64,000 nucleotides of DNA from Octopus vulgaris (lineage: Eukaryota), in assembly GCA_951406725.2 (NCBI GenBank), contig OX597817.1, forward strand, positions 89,342,001 through 89,406,000, written 5' to 3'. The notes below the pieces were generated by a model that saw only the letters and a program-made list of their open reading frames with translations, made no database searches and was not told the DNA's origin. The position numbers and the translations under genes were made by a program. How positions within the stretch are numbered: position 1 is the first letter of the stretch; each line of letters begins with the position of its first letter. Below are positions 57,150 through 64,000 of this stretch, piece after piece.

Positions 57150-58713
57150 AATAAATCCAGTAAGGTGTTTCTCTCAAAGTTATCTAGTTGGAACAGGTAA
57201 CGAAAATCTTATATTGGTTTCATACAGGCCTCTTGTAGTATTTTAGAAGCCTCTGTAGTATTTTAGAAGAAACTGTCACACATTCTTTCTCGTGTCTTTT
57301 TCTGTGATTTTGATCAAGCAGATGTCCCGTAACTTTCAAAGCCACAACATTGGGATTCTTGTGTCCTACAACCTTTTTCTGAACAGATCCTAAATTTCTC
57401 AACACTTCTTCAATAGGAGTACTTTCTCTTTCAATTGCTTGAATGTGTTTGTCAAATATATTAAACGAGTGCTTTTCGCAGCGGTAATTTCATTCTCAAT
57501 GAATTTTTTTAATAAATGTAGGTGATTTGTCATACAACTGAAAGAAAACAGGAAACATCTATCTGAGCCTGGCAATGTCAAACAATAGTGACAGCCAACG
57601 AGCCTTATTGTGAGAGAAGCACTTCCAGTATTCAATTTCAACAAAACGACAATGTTGATCATTTCAGTTCCATTTATGTCGATATGAAAACATTGATAAA
57701 TTTTACCGATAATATTTTGAATATCAATATCCATTCTTTCTGCTCAGTGATGGGCATAATTGTAAGCAACCCACTCCTATTAAGGATTGCTTTTGAAACA
57801 TTTTCTTAAAATTTGCAAGCGTATTCATATAGTCTTCATTACGCCTGAATCCTATAAGCCTTTGTCACGTGTGAATGCAACATATTTCTCACAGACACTA
57901 TTTTCTCCGGAGTGTGCTTCATATAATTTGCCATTGTCATAAGGCGTGTTCTTTAATTTAGTTACTTTTGACTGTAAACAGTTCTTTCAGTCAAAATACT
58001 CATTAATTACAGGAAGCAGATGGATTGAATAGTAATTACTTCCATCTATAGCAATTCTACAGTATGCTATATTATTTTCTTCAAGATTTTTCAAGGCAAC
58101 ATTGAGAGAAGTTGGTGCAAGCACAGAATTAAGCATTACTTGTGATTTTTGTTCTAAACACTAGGAGACTTCATTGCAACCTCAGAATTCGAGAAAGTTT
58201 TTGCATCTTTTTTTTAACTAGGTTCGCGAACAGTTTAACGAAGTGATGTCTTTAACCCTTTGCCTGACCCATGTTTCACTTGAGAAACCCTGAACATATT
58301 TTCCTGGCGTCTAAGCATCATATATGATCATGTTCCCCTTTTTTCAACCGCCAGCGTAAGCCCCATGTTGGCATATGAAAGGAAAGTTTTATAATAACTG
58401 AAGATGTATGAAGCAAGGACTAAGAAAAGTCTAAAACCAAGCTTGGACATTTATGACAAAATTATGAAAGTGCTGTGGACAGGCAAAGGGCTAAAGTAAC
58501 TTCTGCAATCGAGGTAGCATTTTTCAGTTTTGATTTGATGAAAGAATCATTTGCTTCTGTTCACATGTGTTTTCAATTCATTAATACCTTTATTTGCAAC
58601 AGACAAATTTCTATGGTTTGCACATGAAGCACTGCGCTTCCCATTCATCATTGCATTTTTTTAAACACGGAATTTGCTTTCCAATTCTAGCTTTTTACAT
58701 TTCATTTGTTCAT
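57150..58713 (-). pseudogene. Highly decayed hAT-like transposase
   Basis: EAQCFMCK..SVANKGINELKTH (BED-like zinc finger) and LLSHNKARWLSL (hAT RWLS motif); many stops. Confidence 0.55.
58256..58490. mobile_element. piggyBac-type MITE inserted in the hAT remnant
   Basis: TTAA-CCCTTTGCCTGACC ... GGACAGGCAAAGGG-CTAA. Confidence 0.75.
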
Positions 58714-59027
58714 GTGGTCCACGAGGGTTATAGAACCGTTTAATGCCCTGGAAATGTACATAATATCGTATACATTAACTGTGGAAACAACAGACAAACC
58801 CACAATAAAAACTAAGATCAAACGCTATGGCTGCAGGTTAAATACAGGCCACCACCAGTAACCAATGTAATTGTCATCACACGTAAATAACTGGCTAGAT
58901 TGTCGCTGAAAATACCATGAATAAATGCTGCAGTTTAAAAAAATATCTGTAAGGAAAAATGTTATAGTTTTAATATTTCATATATGGCTTTCATTGCAGT
59001 AAATCCGAAACAACAACAACAATAATG

Positions 59028-59462
59028 TTTTTTTTATTAACCGCGAAGGATTCACAGAAACATTGGGAACGGTAGGGAACAATGCAATGCGAGGTTACAT
59101 AAAGGAGCATGTAACGGGGTTACATAAAGGAGCATGTTGGTGTTTATAAATACCAACAATATATCTTTCCCCCAGAAAAGAGGAACGTTTTGGGGCTGCT
59201 CTTGGAAACCTCACAAAACTGAAGTAAGTGCCCTCTCCTCATCGTCGTCTTTCATCATTGCTACATTCATCCACCTTTCATCAAATTTACTGGAAGGCAG
59301 CACTTCCCTCTTCACCCTCACTTTCCTTTTCCAGTGAAACTTAAAAACGTTGATCTAGGCTTGGCTAAAGAAGTAAGGATCTACCTTCAGCCCTTTCAAC
59401 CACGTCCACCACCTAACCTCTTTCGCTAAGGACATCAGAGAGATAAACACTGCCTGCTCGAT
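59028..59462 (-). mobile_element. L1/Tx1-type LINE 3' end with poly(A)
   Basis: SLAKEVRWWTWLKG..FKFHWKRKVRV..KFDERWM, 3' UTR, then AATAAAAAAAA on minus strand. Confidence 0.7.
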
Positions 59463-59983
59463 ATATTGTGAGTAGGGGAGCGAATCACTAGAACTAGCTA
59501 CTTTGCTCGTTACGAGATCAGTGGCTGTCTGCCACTTCTCTGTTTATATATTATGAGTGGGGACAATTGACAGTCATCTCTAGCAGGCAGTTGTCCAATA
59601 CCGATGAAGGGTAAAGACCCAGAAACCATGGTCTGCCAAGCTGGAGGGGAGTGATTAGCTCCCTCACTCACAATTAGGTACAGGCTGTGTGACGTCAACC
59701 AGCTGGAAAACAAATGGGAACACTAAAACAACAAAGGATTATCATGAGAATCAAACATACAGACATAAACACGCACACATACATACACACATATATGCAT
59801 TTTCCTGGGGTTAAAATGTAGTGACAGTTTTTTTATAGAACGGCCATGTTATAATGGCAAATAACGTTACCGTATATATATTCTGTTATTCTGTTACTTG
59901 TTTCAATCATTTGACTGCGGCCATGCTGGAGCACCGATATACATATATGTATGTGTATGTGTATACACAAAGACATACAACAG

Positions 59984-60015
<32 letters not shown>

Positions 60016-60771
60016 ACACACACACACTCGAAAACACACATGCATGCATCCACATCCATGTGTACCTGTGTATAGACACACGTGAACTTGGGTGCACTCC
60101 CACACATACACGTCCATTCCCACCCTGTTCACTTATAGTCGTACAAAGGCCCGTACTCATCCCCCCCACACACACACCTGCACTCCTATCCTCCTACAAG
60201 CGCTCTCACGCACGCACATGTGACCTTAATAGCAGCTAAAATTTACTGACATTCCATTAGAGATACCGTTTTCGTCATGAACCGGAAGTGTATAGTTACG
60301 ACACCGGAAGCTATGACGGAAGAAAACCTATGCTCCAAATTATTCATGTTTTAGTCATAATCTGTTTTTGTTGTTGATGCTTATTGCTTTTAGTGGTGGT
60401 GATGGTGGTGGTCGTAGCGTTGGCGGTGTTCTGATTACTATTATCGTTTTCGCTGTTATCGTTGTTGTTTATATCCAGGTTAATCTTGACTGAACATACC
60501 TGTGTTCAAAGACGTTCCAGCCGCGACTATCACGCCTTTGTGTTAGTTGCCATTCAGTACACTGAGTTATAGTAATTATATATGTATATGTGTAAATATA
60601 TATGTGTGTGTATGCATGTATGTATGTATGAACTGATGGTTGGATGGAAGATTGTTGTGTGTGTGTGTGCGTGCATGTGTGTATATAATTATGTGTATGT
60701 TCTATTTTGTGCCTATTTGCGTATTTGTCTGTATGTGTATTTATCAATGTGTGTTCGTTTTTATATCTCTA

Positions 60772-60817
<46 letters not shown>

Positions 60818-61332
60818 TATGTCTATGTATGTATATATATATGTGTGTATTATGCATCTGTGTATGTACGTGTGTATATATGCATATATGTGTGTATGTA
60901 TGTGTGCGTGTTTATGTCTGTATGTTTGATTCTCATGATAATCCTTTGTTGTTTTAGTGTTCCCATTTGTTTTTTTCCAATTTGTAAGTTATACATAACA
61001 TTATAATATTTTTTTAGAAATTCATATCGAAGAGAAGATGTAAAGCGTTATATATTTTTGTTTATCTATCCTTATATATAGGTTTTCTATTATACAGAAT
61101 AACAAGATATTCTTATGGAGCGATAACATTCTATGTTCACTGTAGCCACATTTTTTTTCATTGAAATTATTATAACTACTGACGCCACAAACGAATGAGG
61201 GTGCCTCGAATTGGCTATGAATACATTGTGAACTATGACACATTGTGGTGCTTATTTACAGCTACGTGGACTGGGCTGTTGACTGTTAAGTGTTTTGGAC
61301 ATGGATACAGTACAGGGAAGTATAACAGGGGT

Positions 61333-61771
61333 CTTTTGTCTTTTATTTGTTTCTGTTATTAGACTGCAACCATGCTGAGGCACCGCCTCGAAGAATTTTT
61401 AGCCGAACGAATCGACCCCAGTAATTCTTTTTATTTTTAAGCCTGGTACTTATTCTGTCGCTAAGTCACTGGGACGTAAACCAACCAACGAGCGGTGGTG
61501 GTGGTGGTGGTGGGGGGCAAACACAGATGCAGAGACACCCACCCACACACAACAGACGCACGAAAGCACACACGCGCGTGCGCACACACATACACACACT
61601 AACACACGTGCGCGTGCACACACATACGACGAGCTTCTTTCAGTTTCCGTCTACCAACTCCAGTTACAAAACTTTGGTCGACCTCAGACATTCCCAGAAG
61701 ACACTTGCCCAAGGTGCTACGCAGTGGGACTGAACTCGGAACCATATGGTTGGGAAGCAAACTTCTTACCA
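61333..61771 (-). mobile_element. SINE family A
   Basis: Collinear with 3578-3974. Confidence 0.82.
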
Positions 61772-62195
61772 TGGTCGTACTTATACACACAGTGAACTAT
61801 GCGACATTGAGTTACATGGTTACTTATGTAGGCTGTTGATAGTTACGTATGTGTCTCGGTCGGAAATGGTATCTACTAACAGCTAAGTAAACTGGGTGTT
61901 AGCAGTTAAATCACGTGGTCATGCACACAATACAGTGGAGCATACACAGTGTTTGACCTAGAGAACGGTACCACACTGTTTTCCTAGCCAGTGGCACAGT
62001 ACCTCTATGAGGACAAGACTGTTGACAATTAAGTACTGCAGGCTTCAACTGAGAACTATACAACGATGTGTTACCTACTTACATCTAGGTAGCCTGAGCT
62101 GTCGATATCTATGCATCTTGGTCACATACATCATACTGTGTAGGTAGCACATTATAAACCCCTGACCTGTGTTATAGTTCGCATTGTAGGATATA

Positions 62196-62400
62196 AAACT
62201 GGCGAATCGTTAAAACATCGGGAGAAATGCTTTACGGTATTTGTTCCGGCTCTTCACGCTTTGAGTTCAAATCATACCGAGGCAAACTGTGCTTTGCATT
62301 CTTCCCCACTCGAGGTAAATAAAATTAAGTACCAGGTTAGTATTGAGGTTAATGGTTTCAACAAACCTGTCTCCCCCTCAAAGCTACTGGCCTCGTATTA
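62196..62400 (+). mobile_element. SINE family B, diverged
   Basis: GAGTTCAAAT..CCGAGG..AAGTACCAG. Confidence 0.65.
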
Positions 62401-63009
62401 AAATCAGGAGCCGTTGTTTATTATTATTTAATTGATAGTATCATCGAAGTTTCACCAGGTCTCTGGCCTAAGCATATATATATATATATTGATAAAAATA
62501 GGGGAATTTCGATCATCCCACGTGGTGAGTTGTAATATATATAAGAAATTAAAGAAGGAAAATTCACACCACACACTTTACATAGTTTTCATATAATTTT
62601 AACATATCTTGTATTGCGTTTGTCGATCGGTTTCGATTTTGCTATTCATGACATTAAAATTTATTTAAATACGCATTTTCTTAAGAAGAATTTTTTGGTC
62701 CATGTTGTATGAGGAGTTTATGAATGAATGATTCAACAATTAGGAAAATCTAAGGAGACGTAATTGGTTATCGTTATTATTGTGGACCGGAGAGATAATC
62801 ATTCAGTTTTCGGCATCGGGGCGGAATAAATATACACACAAAAATTCAAAAACTAGAGTGGTAGGGAGAAATATGTACAGTGATGGGTATGTAATCGTGA
62901 ATTAAAATATGTTTAGAAATCAAAGTTGGTTATGCGTGCATATTTAGATGTGTTCTGTATTTTCCGATGAAAAATCTTTTCTTTATTTAAAAGTTCTTGT
63001 AAAGAAATT

Positions 63010-64000
63010 GTATCTTTGCACTGGTTGCTGAAATACATTAAAAGTTTCATTAGAGAAGATTTAGACATGCTAGAGCACATACCAAAAACGATTAATGAGG
63101 AGGCATCATTGGTTTCCTTCGATGTTATTAATCTTTACACCAGCATCCCACATGACTATGAAATAAAAGCAATCAAATTCTGGTTGGAAAAGAACTCTGA
63201 AGTACTCCCGGAACGCATAAATCAGGTCCTTATAATTGAATCTTTAATATTTATACTTCAGAACAATTATTTCCTATTTGATGACTCCTAATATCGTCAA
63301 AAAGGTGGAATTGCGATGGGAATGAAAGCAGCCCCCGATAATGAGTTATTTTGAATTCACCGTATATGAAGCGTCATTTCAAAAATATGGTTATCCATTT
63401 CATTATTGCATAAGAGAAAACTGGAAAAGATACCTGGTTGACTGTTTTATCATTTGGAAGGAGACCACTGACAAACTTTTAGACAACACTAAATGATATA
63501 AACAGTAACATTCAATTCACAATGGAATATAGCAAAGAACAGCTCCCATTTTGGGATATTATGATAAAAAAAGTCATCAACCAAATTATAACTGACATCT
63601 ATCATAAACCAACGGACTCGAAACAATATCTCCTTTTTAGCTCATGCCACCCGAAACACATCAAAATAAATATCCCCTTTAATTTGGCAAAAAGGATTCG
63701 CACAATAGTGTCTGATAGAACTACTCGGGACCTTCATCTTCAATACCTCAAAACAACACTAACGGAAAGACGAAAGAAATTAGACATAAAAGCACTAAGG
63801 ACAACTAAACATAACACAACACATCTCAAAACACTACTGTATATATCAACCCACAACCTTAGAAATAATAAGGCATACAACACTATTGTGTAAAATTTCC
63901 CATTACCAGAGACCCAAAAATGAACAACATCCTTAAATCACATAAACTCATCAAATGCAAAAAGCTACACAAATCGCTAAAGAGACTTCTAACAAATGCG
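63010..64000 (+). pseudogene. Penelope-like element reverse transcriptase, decayed; runs off window
   Basis: LVSFDVINLYTSIPH, GIAMGMKAAP, WKRYLVDCFIIW, LPFWDIMI, TDIYHKPTDSKQYL..SCHPKHIKINIPFNLAKRI. Confidence 0.93.

Noticed and set aside
60265-60328. Quasi-palindrome with repeated CCGGAAG (ETS-like)
   Set aside because: Too short and single-copy here to support a regulatory or MITE call.

Overview
Eukaryotic, AT-rich window made almost entirely of repeats. I infer it is octopus/coleoid intergenic or intronic DNA from the SINE families and extreme microsatellite density; the sequence does not prove this. No intact host gene is supportable, and nearly all long ORFs in the track are translations of (TA)n, (CA)n, (TCTA)n, (TATG)n or trinucleotide repeats. 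Content: three tRNA-derived SINE families; decayed DNA transposons (Tc1, mariner, Tigger/pogo, a pogo-like element with a C-terminal PHD finger, Chapaev3-like, hAT, and hAT/piggyBac/mariner MITEs); a ~4 kb Helitron with a Rep remnant; L1/Tx1 and RTE LINE fragments; and three Penelope-like element (PLE) bodies. The most interesting signal is about ten small type-I hammerhead-ribozyme-like motifs of at least six unrelated sequence types. Three sit at the 3' ends of the PLE bodies. The rest lie in short non-coding cassettes, beside (TA)n tracts or arranged as fold-backs, and include variant cores (CUGUYGA; G3-C8 swapped) with palindromic stem III, consistent with dimer-dependent cleavage. Family names come from motif recognition and folds were paired by eye; none were computed or searched.
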